Below are positions 10,860 through 19,727 of a stretch of DNA of 64,000 bases, piece after piece; position 1 is the first letter of the stretch, and every line of letters starts with the position of its first letter. The stretch covers positions 896,001-960,000 of the forward strand of contig CBDBOV010000004.1 of assembly GCA_965208575.1 (NCBI GenBank), read 5' to 3'. The translations under genes were made by a program, and so were the position numbers. Source of the DNA: Spirochaetia bacterium. GTDB lineage: Bacteria > Spirochaetota > Spirochaetia > SZUA-6 > Bin103. The notes under the pieces are model-generated. The model did no database searches. It was not told the origin of the DNA and was given only the letters and a program-made list of their open reading frames with translations.

Positions 10860-10943
10860 ACCGCGGCAATCTACCACAATACGCACGCGCGGCATTGGAC
10901 TCGATGCCGCCCACGGGGTAGCGTGTGCGTACGGGAGCGACGG

Positions 10944-11510
10944 ATGTTGACGGCGGTGAAGAAGAAGCTGTTCACGGTTGACGACTACTACGCCATGACT
11001 CGCGCCGGCATCATCGGTGAGGATGACCGCGTCGAGCTGATCGAAGGGGAAATCATCCTGATGGCAGCGATCGGCAGCAGACATCAGGCGGTGGTGGACC
11101 GCGTAAACCGCCTGCTGGTCATGCGCGTGGGTGACCGCGCGATCGTGCGTGTTCAGGGGCCGCTGCGGCTGGCCGACATTACCGAGCCGCAGCCGGACCT
11201 GCAACTGCTGGCGCCGCAGGACGACTTCTACGCGGCGGCGCATCCGTCGCAATACGAGGCACTCCTGGTGGTGGAGGTGGCGGACACGTCGTTGCACTTC
11301 GACCGCGACGAGAAGGCGGCCATCTACGCGCGGCGCGGCGTAGGCGAGTTGTGGATCATCGACGTGAACGGCGAGCGCGTCCTGGTGCGGCGCGGGCCGT
11401 CCGCGCACGGATACAGCGAGTCGCTGACCGCCACGAGAGGACACACGCTGGCGCCGGAGGCGTTCCCGGACGTCGTCGTGAGTACCGACGACCTGCTGGG
11501 ACCGCGATAG
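10944..11510 (+). CDS. Uma2 (DUF820) family putative endonuclease
   Basis: FTVDDYYAM...RVELIEGEI...EPQPD...LVVEVADTS...K..YAR.GV.E.WI.D. Confidence 0.9.
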   Translation: MLTAVKKKLFTVDDYYAMTRAGIIGEDDRVELIEGEIILMAAIGSRHQAVVDRVNRLLVMRVGDRAIVRVQGPLRLADITEPQPDLQLLAPQDDFYAAAHPSQYEALLVVEVADTSLHFDRDEKAAIYARRGVGELWIIDVNGERVLVRRGPSAHGYSESLTATRGHTLAPEAFPDVVVSTDDLLGPR

Positions 11511-11732
11511 CCGTCCGGCCTGCCCCGTGATCTCAATGGGGCGTACGCGGAGCACCGTCCACTCGGCGGGTACGGCAGACGCCCACGCTCCCACCTGTTC
11601 CTGACAAGCGGGCCGCGGTCATCACCTTGCGCAGCATCGCGGCAGCAAGCTGCCGACGGTGGCGGACCGGCACTTGGCGGCGTATGCGCATCTGGCGACG
11701 AGGTCGGCTGCCTGCTACGCTCGGCACCGGGG

Positions 11733-12545
11733 GTGGCGATGGCACAGCATGGGAGCGAGGCCTGGCGGCTCGACGGCCGGGTGGCGCTGATTGCCGGCGG
11801 GGCGGGCGCGATGGGATCTGCCACGGCGCGGCGGATGGCGGCGGCCGGGGCTCGCGTGGCGGTGGCCGACATCAGGCACGACGCCGGGCAGGCGGTGGTG
11901 CGTGAGCTGACGGCGATGGGCCGCGAGGCGGTGGCGGTACCGCTCGACGTCGCCGCGGCGGATACCTGGCAGGCGGCCGTGGAGCAGGTGGAGGCGCGCT
12001 TCGGCACGCTGACCACCATGTGCTACCTGGCCGGCGGCAACCACCGCATCAGCTACGACGCCATGACCGAGGCGCAGTTCCGGCGCATCATCGAGTTGAA
12101 CCTGACCGGCATCTTCATCGGCATCAAGGCGGTGGTGCCGGCGATGCGGCGCGCCGGCGGCGGCTGCATCCTCACCGTCGGCTCGCTGGCCTCGCTGAGC
12201 GCCGGCGGCGGCGCCCCCGCCTACACGTGCAGCAAGTTCGGGGTCAACGCGCTCACAGCGGTCACCGCCCGCGCCTACGCGGACGACGGCATCCGCTGCT
12301 GCCAGGTCAACCCCGGCCACGTCGACACGCCGTTCCTGCGCGCCTCCACCGACTACAGCCCCAACGACTGGTCCACGTCGATCGACAACCCGGTGAACTA
12401 CGAACGCCGGCGCAGCGCGACGCCGCTTGGGCGCCTCAACCAACCGGAGGAGATCGCCGAAGCGTTCGCGTTCCTGGCCTCCGACGCCGCGGCCATGATC
12501 ACTGGCTCTGCCATCACCGTGGACGGCGGCGCCGCGCTGACCTGA
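11733..12545 (+). CDS. SDR-family oxidoreductase
   Basis: AGGAGAMG Rossmann motif, YTCSK catalytic motif, PGHVDT, ITGSAITVDGG. Confidence 0.9.
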   Translation: MAMAQHGSEAWRLDGRVALIAGGAGAMGSATARRMAAAGARVAVADIRHDAGQAVVRELTAMGREAVAVPLDVAAADTWQAAVEQVEARFGTLTTMCYLAGGNHRISYDAMTEAQFRRIIELNLTGIFIGIKAVVPAMRRAGGGCILTVGSLASLSAGGGAPAYTCSKFGVNALTAVTARAYADDGIRCCQVNPGHVDTPFLRASTDYSPNDWSTSIDNPVNYERRRSATPLGRLNQPEEIAEAFAFLASDAAAMITGSAITVDGGAALT

Positions 12546-12655
12546 AGGGGCGCCGGCGCGCTCCGTCGCGTTCGCCGCCGCCAGGTCGAGCATCGCGCAC
12601 CGGTCGCCGGGCACGCCGGGGTGCGGTATCCGCCGCCTCCGGCGTTGCTCCCGGA

Positions 12656-12693
12656 ACCGAGCCGTCCGGTGCGCCTGCGCCGGACGGCTCGGT
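12656..12693. terminator. Perfect 14-bp stem-loop between convergent genes
   Basis: ACCGAGCCGTCCGG-N10-CCGGACGGCTCGGT; no U-tract, so it may be REP-like. Confidence 0.55.
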
Positions 12694-12728
12694 CTGCTCA
12701 CCGAGACAGCGACGGTTCGGCGACTTCC

Positions 12729-13454
12729 TCAGTTCACCCCGGACTCCAGGAGCATGGTCACGCCCATGTCGTGGTAGGGGCGCGGGTCGTCGCCGGCCGC
12801 GATGCGCATGCACACCTGCTTGCCGGTGCCCTGCAGATCGTTCGCCAGGTAGCGCACGCAGTCGTCCACGCTCTGCAGCGGGTGATTCGGGTGGCGCCCG
12901 ATATCGAAGTTCATGTCCGCGGGACCGATGGTGAAGAAATCCACGCCGTCCTTCGCGAAGCGATGCGCCGCATTGGTGGCAGCGGCGATCGACTCGATCT
13001 GCATCGCCAGGGCGCCGGTGCGCTCCCAGAACGCTGCGTACTCGTCCAGCCCCTGCGCGTCGAAGCCGAGCCGCGCCGTGCCGCCCCAACTGCGCACCCC
13101 GCGCGGCGGGTAGTAGAAGTTGGCCACCGCCTCGTCGACCGTCTCCTCGGTCTCCACCTGAGGCACCTCTATGCCGGCAGGCCCCAGGTCAAGGAAGTTG
13201 CCGATCAGGTAGGTGAGCCGGGTGTGCTTGAGCCGGAACACCACCGGCACCCCCACCGCGGTTGCGGCGGCACAGAACTCCACCAGGCGATGCTCGCTGA
13301 GTGGCGAGTGCTGGGCATCGACCCACACGAAGTCGTAGGGCCGGCGGGCGACGATGCCGCGCAGCCAGTCGGCGTCGGGCCGCATCGCGATCGAAGCGCC
13401 GAACAACTGTTCGCCGTCGCGGATGCGCTGCTTCAAGGTCTTGGTTGCGGTCAT
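12729..13454 (-). CDS. HpcH/HpaI aldolase-family protein
   Basis: DFVWVDAQH, PQVET, YPPRGVRSWG, MQIES, IGPAD. Confidence 0.88.
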   Translation of the reverse strand: MTATKTLKQRIRDGEQLFGASIAMRPDADWLRGIVARRPYDFVWVDAQHSPLSEHRLVEFCAAATAVGVPVVFRLKHTRLTYLIGNFLDLGPAGIEVPQVETEETVDEAVANFYYPPRGVRSWGGTARLGFDAQGLDEYAAFWERTGALAMQIESIAAATNAAHRFAKDGVDFFTIGPADMNFDIGRHPNHPLQSVDDCVRYLANDLQGTGKQVCMRIAAGDDPRPYHDMGVTMLLESGVN

Positions 13455-13537
13455 GAACCGGACTGTAACACAGGGCACGGGTCTTGGTTGCGGATCTGCT
13501 GGCCTCTCGCGGTGCTCCCCGGTAGGATGGGCCGTAC

Positions 13538-14413
13538 ATGGAACGGCACGTCGAGACGGTAGTGCAGCGCCCGTCGCTGGTGGGCGAGGGCGCCATTTGG
13601 GACAGCGAACGAAGGGTACTCTACTGGGTGGACATCATCGGACAGAAGCTGTTCGTGTACGATCCGGCCACCGGCGAAAACCGCGAGATCGACACCCTGC
13701 AGGCGGTCGGCACGGTGGTGCCGCGCGCCTCAGGGGGCTTGGTCGTGGCGCTGCACAACGGTTTCGCGAGCCTCGACCCGGACAGCGGGCTGATGCGGCC
13801 GATCGCCGATCCGGAGCGCGACATTCCGGCCAACCGGTTCAACGACGGCAAGTGCGACCCCGCCGGCCGGCTGTGGGCCGGCACCATGGACTTCGACGGC
13901 GAACCGAACCGCGGCGCGCTGTACTGCCTGGACACCGACGGCACCGTGTCGCGCAAGTTCGGCAACGTCACCATCTCCAACGGCATCGTGTGGAGCCGCG
14001 ACGGGCGCACCATGTATTACATCGATACCGGCCGCAACAACGTCCGCGCATACGACTACGACCTCGCGACCGGCGCGATCGCCAACGAGCGGGTCACCGT
14101 GACCAACGAGGGGAGCGGGCACTTCGACGGCATGACCATGGACGCGGAGGGGATGGTGTGGGTCGCCATCTTCGGCGGCTCGGCGGTGCGCCGCTACGAC
14201 CCGGAGCGGGGCGAACTGCTCGATTCCATCGACCTGCCGATGAGCCAGGTCACGTCGTGTGCCTTTGGCGGTCCCGCCCTCAGCGACCTGTACATCACCT
14301 CGGCCTGTCTGCGCATGAGCGAAAGCGAGCGCTCGTCCGAACCGCTTGCCGGTTCGCTGGTGAAGGTAGTACCCGGCGTCAAGGGGCTTCCGGCGGTCGC
14401 CTTCGCTGGCTGA
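13538..14413 (+). CDS. SMP-30/gluconolactonase/regucalcin-family lactonase
   Basis: GEGAIWD...LYWVDI, RFNDGKCDPAGRLWAGTM, SNGIVWS, DGMTMD, TSCAFGG. Confidence 0.93.
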   Translation: MERHVETVVQRPSLVGEGAIWDSERRVLYWVDIIGQKLFVYDPATGENREIDTLQAVGTVVPRASGGLVVALHNGFASLDPDSGLMRPIADPERDIPANRFNDGKCDPAGRLWAGTMDFDGEPNRGALYCLDTDGTVSRKFGNVTISNGIVWSRDGRTMYYIDTGRNNVRAYDYDLATGAIANERVTVTNEGSGHFDGMTMDAEGMVWVAIFGGSAVRRYDPERGELLDSIDLPMSQVTSCAFGGPALSDLYITSACLRMSESERSSEPLAGSLVKVVPGVKGLPAVAFAG

Positions 14414-14654
14414 CGCCGTCGGCTGACCGGCCGAAGCCGGCCTTGACCGGCACGGCACGGACCCGTCGCGTTTGGCGGCTCCCGCACGGGCAGCCGCCGC
14501 CTGTACCGCATTCCGTCGGCATGCCGTGGTTGCGTACTGCTCATGGCAGCCCACGCTCCCGGACGGGGAGCGCCCGGCAGGTCGTTGCCGCGTCACCGTT
14601 GGGCGACCGGCGCCGGTTCGGTCGTGTCGCGCGCCGCACGCGCCGCCTGAACCC

Positions 14655-14685
14655 TTGACGACAACCTGTCCGCGTTCATAGGTTG
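14655..14685 (+). promoter_or_regulatory. Promoter with embedded inverted-repeat operator for the ABC-DUF1854-ABC operon
   Basis: TTGACG (14655-60) N18 TAGGTT (14679-84); CAACCT-N12-AGGTTG palindrome (14662-14685); GTG start follows 8 nt after the -10 box. Confidence 0.55.
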
Positions 14686-14692
14686 CCCGCTC

Positions 14693-16912
14693 GTGACGTT
14701 GCCGGAGGAGATCATCGCCCTGCTCGCACGCGAGCGGCCCCGGTTCCGCGGCGCGGCGGCGTTTCGGGCCGACATCAGCCGCGACGGACGCCTGCAGGAC
14801 GAGTGGCTGGTGGCAGGCAGCGTCGGGCTTGCCCACGTGCGCGACGGCTCGGTGCACTGGATGGGGGGCGAAGAAATCGGCGCGCTCGCCACCCACGCCT
14901 ACCTGAGCGGCGGGCGCATCACGGTGCAGTGGCGCGCGCAGGCGCGGCTGCTCGCGCGCTACTCCGGCGCGCGCATCGCCGACGCGGAAGCGTTCGTGGA
15001 TGCGGCAAACCGTATTCTGCGAGCCGCCGGCGGCGGCCCGGCAGTCGCCGGTGCGAAGCACGCCGCCGAGGCGGGTACCACGACGCAGGACCAGACCGGC
15101 CGGAGCATGGCCGCGGCGGCAGTCACGGGCGGCGGCTCCGCGGCGCAGGGCACCGGGCGCGTGCTGCCCCGGCTGGTCGCCATGATGCCGCGCAGCAAGT
15201 ACTGGCGGTTGCCTGTGTTCTGCCTGGCGCTCGCCGGCGGCGCGGGCGCCGCGGTGGCGGCGCCGTTCCTGGCCGGACGCTTCCTGTTCGACGAGGTGCT
15301 CTCCCCGGAAGGGCGCTTCGCCGGCATGATGCTCCTGGCGGTGGGCCTGATCCTGCTCGCCCGCCTCGCCGAGGTCGGATTCCGCATCACCTGGGGGTGG
15401 GTCAACGCCGCCTTCATCCACGACCTCGAGATCACGTTGAAGCGCACCGCGTTCCACTCCCTGCAGCGGCTTTCGATGCGCTTCCACACCTCGCGCCACA
15501 GCGGCGAGCTGATGACCCGCCTCGAGCAGGATGCCTCCGACGTAGCGCTCCTGTTCCACATCATCGCTCCGTCGGCACTGCACGGGGGCGTTTTTCTGGC
15601 CGGTTCGCTGCTCGCGATGCTGCTGCTGGACTGGCAGCTTGCCATCGCCGCCATCCTCCCGTTCCCGGTGCTGCTGATCGCCTTCCGGCGCATCCTGCCG
15701 GAGGTCAACTCCTACTTCGACCGCCTGTTCCGGGCCGAGGCCGCGCTGCGCACCGTGACCAACGACTCGCTCACCGGTGCCCGGGTAGTGCGGGCGTTCG
15801 GCGGACAGCAACGCGAACTGGCACGGTTCGCCGAGCCCAACCGCGAAGCGGCGCGCCTGGGGTACCTGGCGGAGGCGATGGTCGGGACCACCCGTCCGCC
15901 GATGGAACTGGTTACCGAGCTGGTGCTGGTCGCGGTGTGGGCCGCCGGTGCCTGGGCGGTGGCGCGCGACCAGGTCACCGTGGGCCTGGTGGTTACGTTC
16001 GCCGGTTACCTGAGCCGCTTCTTCTGGCCGGTCGGCGGCCTGGTCGACCTGGCCGAGGAGTGGGGCCGCGTGGCCACCGCCGCCCGGCGCCTGCTGACGC
16101 TGATCGACGCCCGCCCCGACCTGCCGGAGGCGCGGCAGCCGCACCCCATCCCGGAAACCGCCGGCGGCGTCGCCCTGGAACAGGTGTCGTTCAGCTACGA
16201 GCCGGGCCAGCCGGCGCTGCGCGAGGTCAGCCTGCACGCCGCGCCCGGCGAGATGATCGGGCTGGTGGGCCCCACCGGAGCGGGCAAGTCGACGGTGATC
16301 AACCTGCTCGCCCGCCTCTACGATGCCGACAGCGGCGTGGTGCGCGTTGCAGGCCGCGACGTGCGCGACCTGTCCGGACCCGACCTCGCGGCACAGCTCG
16401 GCGTGGTGTTGCAGGACACCTACCTGTTCATCGGCAGCGTGGCCGCCAACATCGGCTATGCCAATCCGGGCGCGACGCGCGAGCAGATCGTCGCAACGGC
16501 GATGGCCGCCGACGCGCACCAGTTCATCGTGGAACTGCCGGACGGCTACGACACCGAACTGAACGCCGGCGGCCATGGGCTCTCCGGGGGCCAGCGGCAA
16601 CGGCTCGGCATCGCGCGCGCCCTGCTCGCGGATCCGCCCATCCTGCTGATGGACGAGGCCACCGCGAGCGTCGACACCGAGACCGAGGTACGCATCCAGG
16701 GCGCCATCGAGCGGCTGGTGCACGGCCGCACCGTGGTGGTGATCGCGCACCGGCTGTCCACCCTGCGGCGCGCCGCCCGCCTGTACGCGCTGGACGGCGG
16801 CCGCGTGGTGGAGAGCGGCACTCACGACCAGTTGATGCGGGCCGGCGGCTACTATCGGCGGCTGGTGCAGCGCCAACGCGAGGCGCTGCACGTCATTGGA
16901 GTGGGAGAATGA
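14693..16912 (+). CDS. Fused ABC exporter (TMD+NBD) with an extra N-terminal domain
   Basis: GPTGAGKST, LSGGQRQR, LLMDEAT, IAHRLS; 6-TM exporter domain after an ~150-aa N-terminal extension. Confidence 0.92.
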   Translation: MTLPEEIIALLARERPRFRGAAAFRADISRDGRLQDEWLVAGSVGLAHVRDGSVHWMGGEEIGALATHAYLSGGRITVQWRAQARLLARYSGARIADAEAFVDAANRILRAAGGGPAVAGAKHAAEAGTTTQDQTGRSMAAAAVTGGGSAAQGTGRVLPRLVAMMPRSKYWRLPVFCLALAGGAGAAVAAPFLAGRFLFDEVLSPEGRFAGMMLLAVGLILLARLAEVGFRITWGWVNAAFIHDLEITLKRTAFHSLQRLSMRFHTSRHSGELMTRLEQDASDVALLFHIIAPSALHGGVFLAGSLLAMLLLDWQLAIAAILPFPVLLIAFRRILPEVNSYFDRLFRAEAALRTVTNDSLTGARVVRAFGGQQRELARFAEPNREAARLGYLAEAMVGTTRPPMELVTELVLVAVWAAGAWAVARDQVTVGLVVTFAGYLSRFFWPVGGLVDLAEEWGRVATAARRLLTLIDARPDLPEARQPHPIPETAGGVALEQVSFSYEPGQPALREVSLHAAPGEMIGLVGPTGAGKSTVINLLARLYDADSGVVRVAGRDVRDLSGPDLAAQLGVVLQDTYLFIGSVAANIGYANPGATREQIVATAMAADAHQFIVELPDGYDTELNAGGHGLSGGQRQRLGIARALLADPPILLMDEATASVDTETEVRIQGAIERLVHGRTVVVIAHRLSTLRRAARLYALDGGRVVESGTHDQLMRAGGYYRRLVQRQREALHVIGVGE

Positions 16913-17433
16913 ACGGAAACGACGACGCTGACCGCATCGGCGGGGCGCGCCTGCCCCGGCTGGGGCCCGATCGGGTGCGATTCGAACGCACCGGCGGGCA
17001 CCTGGTACGGGCGGTGCTGGCGGACGGGACCAGCCACGAACCGGTCGACTTCTACCGCGCGTTCCCCTACTCCTCCCCGGACGACCTGGTGGCGCTGCGC
17101 GACAGCCGCGGCGCCGAGTTGGGCATCCTGGCACCGCTGGCACAGTTTCTCGCCGCCGAGCGCAAGATCGTCGAGGAGGAACTGCACCGCCGCTACTTCG
17201 CCCCGCGCATCGTGACCGTCGACGCGCTCGACGAGCGCTTCGGCCAGTCGCACTGGCGCGTTGCCACCGATGCCGGCCCGACCCGGTTCACGGTGCAGAA
17301 CGAGCACGCCAACCTGCGCGATCTGGCCGACGGCTCGCTGCTGCTGATCGACGTGGACGGCAACCGCTACCGGCTCGCCCCGCGCGCCGAGCTGGAGCCG
17401 CGCATCCGGCGCAAGCTGGAGGCGATGTTTTGA
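16909..17433 (+). CDS. DUF1854-family protein
   Basis: RAFPYSSPDDLVALRD...ELG...EEELHRRYFAPRI...W.VATDAG...LLLIDVDGNRY; overlaps both ABC genes by 4 nt. Confidence 0.85.
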   Translation: MNGNDDADRIGGARLPRLGPDRVRFERTGGHLVRAVLADGTSHEPVDFYRAFPYSSPDDLVALRDSRGAELGILAPLAQFLAAERKIVEEELHRRYFAPRIVTVDALDERFGQSHWRVATDAGPTRFTVQNEHANLRDLADGSLLLIDVDGNRYRLAPRAELEPRIRRKLEAMF

Positions 17434-19619
17434 CCGTGCCTCCGGAGGCGGCGGCGCTGGCCGCGCAAGCGGCCCCCGGCGAGACGCCGCTGCACTGTGT
17501 GCCCGCGGACCTCGACCGCCGCGCGCGCTACCAGGACGGGTACACGGTCGTCACCGAGCGCAGCATCCTGGCCATTGCCGGCGACCGGGTGGAGCGCTTC
17601 CCGCGCCTCCCGGGCGACAACTTCGCCGCCCACGTGATGACCGGCTCCGGCGTGTTGCTCGTGGCACGCGCCGGCGAGGGCGGCGGCAGCGAGGCGGTGG
17701 CATGGTTCAGCCGCCGCCACGCCACCGCGTACCTCCGCCTGGCGGCGGACCTCGGCGCCGCCGAATCCGACCTGCGGCCCGACGGCGGCGACCCGCGCCG
17801 CGCCGAGAGCATCGATCAGCGCGGCGGCTTTGCACGCGACTGGGTGGCCGAACCGCTGCGCGACGCGCGCGGCGTCCTTGCCCGCCTGACCGCGTTCCTG
17901 CGCCCGCAGCGGGGGATCATCCTGTACGCCCTGGTGCTGTTCGCCGCCGCCAATGTGCTCACCCTGCTGATCCCGCAACTCACCCGCATCCTGATCGACG
18001 GCTCCCTGGTGCCGCGCACCATCGAGCCGGGACCGGTCGCTCTGCTGCTTGCCGCGATGGCGGCGGCCTACGTGCTGCGCACCGGATTTACCATCCTGCG
18101 CAACCGCGCCGTGGCGCGCCTCAGCTCGCGGCTGGTGTCCGACCTGAGGACCGCCGTGTTCACCAGCGTGCAGGGAATGTCGCTGCGCTTCATTGCGGCC
18201 AAGCCGCCCGGTGACGTCGTCAACCGGGTCGCCACGGACACTACCAACCTGCGGCGCTTCCTGGAGAGCTGGGGCACCGACGGTATCAGCCAGGTGTTGC
18301 TGCTCGCCCTGCTGTGCGCGGTCACGTTCAGCCAGAACTGGCTGCTCGCGCTGTTGACCGTCTCCACCATTCCGCTCGCCCTGCTGCTCGCCGTGATCGT
18401 GTGGCGCCTGATGCGCTGGATGGAACGCACCCATCACCGGCTGCACGACAAGATCGGCACCTTCGTGCTCGACGTGCTGGCCGGCATCCGGGTGATCAAG
18501 GCGTTTCGCCGCGAGGCGGCCGAGGTGGAGCGCTACCGGAACTGGACCGCGCGCAAGTACGTGATCGACGTCCGCAACCAGAAGATCTGGCGCACCATGG
18601 AGCCGCTGATGGAGTTCGCGATCCGGCTCGGCGAGTTGCTGGTGTTCCTGGTCGGCGGCTACCTGGTGCTGGCGGGACAGCTCAGTCTCGGCGAGCTGGT
18701 ACAGTTCGCGGCCTACGTCGTCCTGCTGGCCGAGCCCCTGGCGTGGGCAGGTGAGGTGCCGCAGCGCCTGGTCGAGGCGCTCACCTCGGCGGAGCGCATC
18801 TTCGAGGCGATCGACCAGGAGCCGGAGATCCGGACGTCGCCGCGCGCCGTCAGCCGCACGCTGTCGGGCGAGGTGGAGTTCAGGAACGTGGAGTTCGCCT
18901 ATCGCCCCGGCGAACCGGTGCTGAACGACTTCTCGCTGCATCTTCCCGCCGGCGAGACCACCGGGCTGGTGGGCACGTCGGGGGCCGGCAAGTCGACGGT
19001 CATCAACCTCCTGTTGCGCTTGTACGACGTAGATGCCGGTCGGATCCTGCTGGACGGGACCGACGTACGCGACCTCGACCCGGCTTCGCTGCGCGGCCAG
19101 GTGGGGGTGGTGCTGCAGGATCCGTTCCTGTTTACCGGCTCGGTGGCGGACAACATCCGCTACGCCAAGCCTGGGGCCACGGACGCCGAGGTGGTGCGCG
19201 CGGCACAGGTCGCGCAGGCATACGAGTTCGTGATGCGGTTTCCCGACGGCTTCGACACGCTGGTTGGGGAACGCGGCCAGCGGCTGTCGGGCGGCGAGCG
19301 CCAGCGCATCTCGATCGCCCGCGCAATCCTGCACGATCCGCGCATCCTGATTCTCGACGAGGCCACCTCGGCGCTCGACCTGGAAACCGAGGAACGCATC
19401 CATGCCGCGCTCGCCGCCCTCACCAGCGGGCGCACGGTTATCGCCATCGCGCACCGGCTGGCCACGCTGCGCCGCGCCGGGCGACTGGTAGTGATGGAGG
19501 CGGGGCGCATCGCCGAGTCGGGCACCCACCAGGACCTGATGGCCGTGGGCGGACGCTACCGCGCCATGGTCGAAGCGCAGCGCGCCCTCGCCGACGCCCA
19601 GACCCTGACCCACGCCTGA
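17430..19619 (+). CDS. Second fused ABC exporter (TMD+NBD) with an N-terminal extension
   Basis: GTSGAGKST, LSGGERQR, LILDEATS, IAHRLA. Confidence 0.92.
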   Translation: MTVPPEAAALAAQAAPGETPLHCVPADLDRRARYQDGYTVVTERSILAIAGDRVERFPRLPGDNFAAHVMTGSGVLLVARAGEGGGSEAVAWFSRRHATAYLRLAADLGAAESDLRPDGGDPRRAESIDQRGGFARDWVAEPLRDARGVLARLTAFLRPQRGIILYALVLFAAANVLTLLIPQLTRILIDGSLVPRTIEPGPVALLLAAMAAAYVLRTGFTILRNRAVARLSSRLVSDLRTAVFTSVQGMSLRFIAAKPPGDVVNRVATDTTNLRRFLESWGTDGISQVLLLALLCAVTFSQNWLLALLTVSTIPLALLLAVIVWRLMRWMERTHHRLHDKIGTFVLDVLAGIRVIKAFRREAAEVERYRNWTARKYVIDVRNQKIWRTMEPLMEFAIRLGELLVFLVGGYLVLAGQLSLGELVQFAAYVVLLAEPLAWAGEVPQRLVEALTSAERIFEAIDQEPEIRTSPRAVSRTLSGEVEFRNVEFAYRPGEPVLNDFSLHLPAGETTGLVGTSGAGKSTVINLLLRLYDVDAGRILLDGTDVRDLDPASLRGQVGVVLQDPFLFTGSVADNIRYAKPGATDAEVVRAAQVAQAYEFVMRFPDGFDTLVGERGQRLSGGERQRISIARAILHDPRILILDEATSALDLETEERIHAALAALTSGRTVIAIAHRLATLRRAGRLVVMEAGRIAESGTHQDLMAVGGRYRAMVEAQRALADAQTLTHA

Positions 19620-19727
19620 GCGCATGGCCGGCTCGCAACGACCTCGCGCCCGGCCCGCCGAGCCCGAACCATCCTTGCCGGCGTCGTTGACGCCGCAATT
19701 CTGGACACGTAGTATCATTTCCAGTTC

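Noticed and set aside
13730-17143. 1137-aa minus-strand ORF, and similar giants at 17367-21239, 34577-38785, 24691-27267 and 5174-7336
   Set aside because: Antisense or alternate-frame shadows of well-supported genes, expected from stop-codon scarcity at high GC; no recognisable motifs
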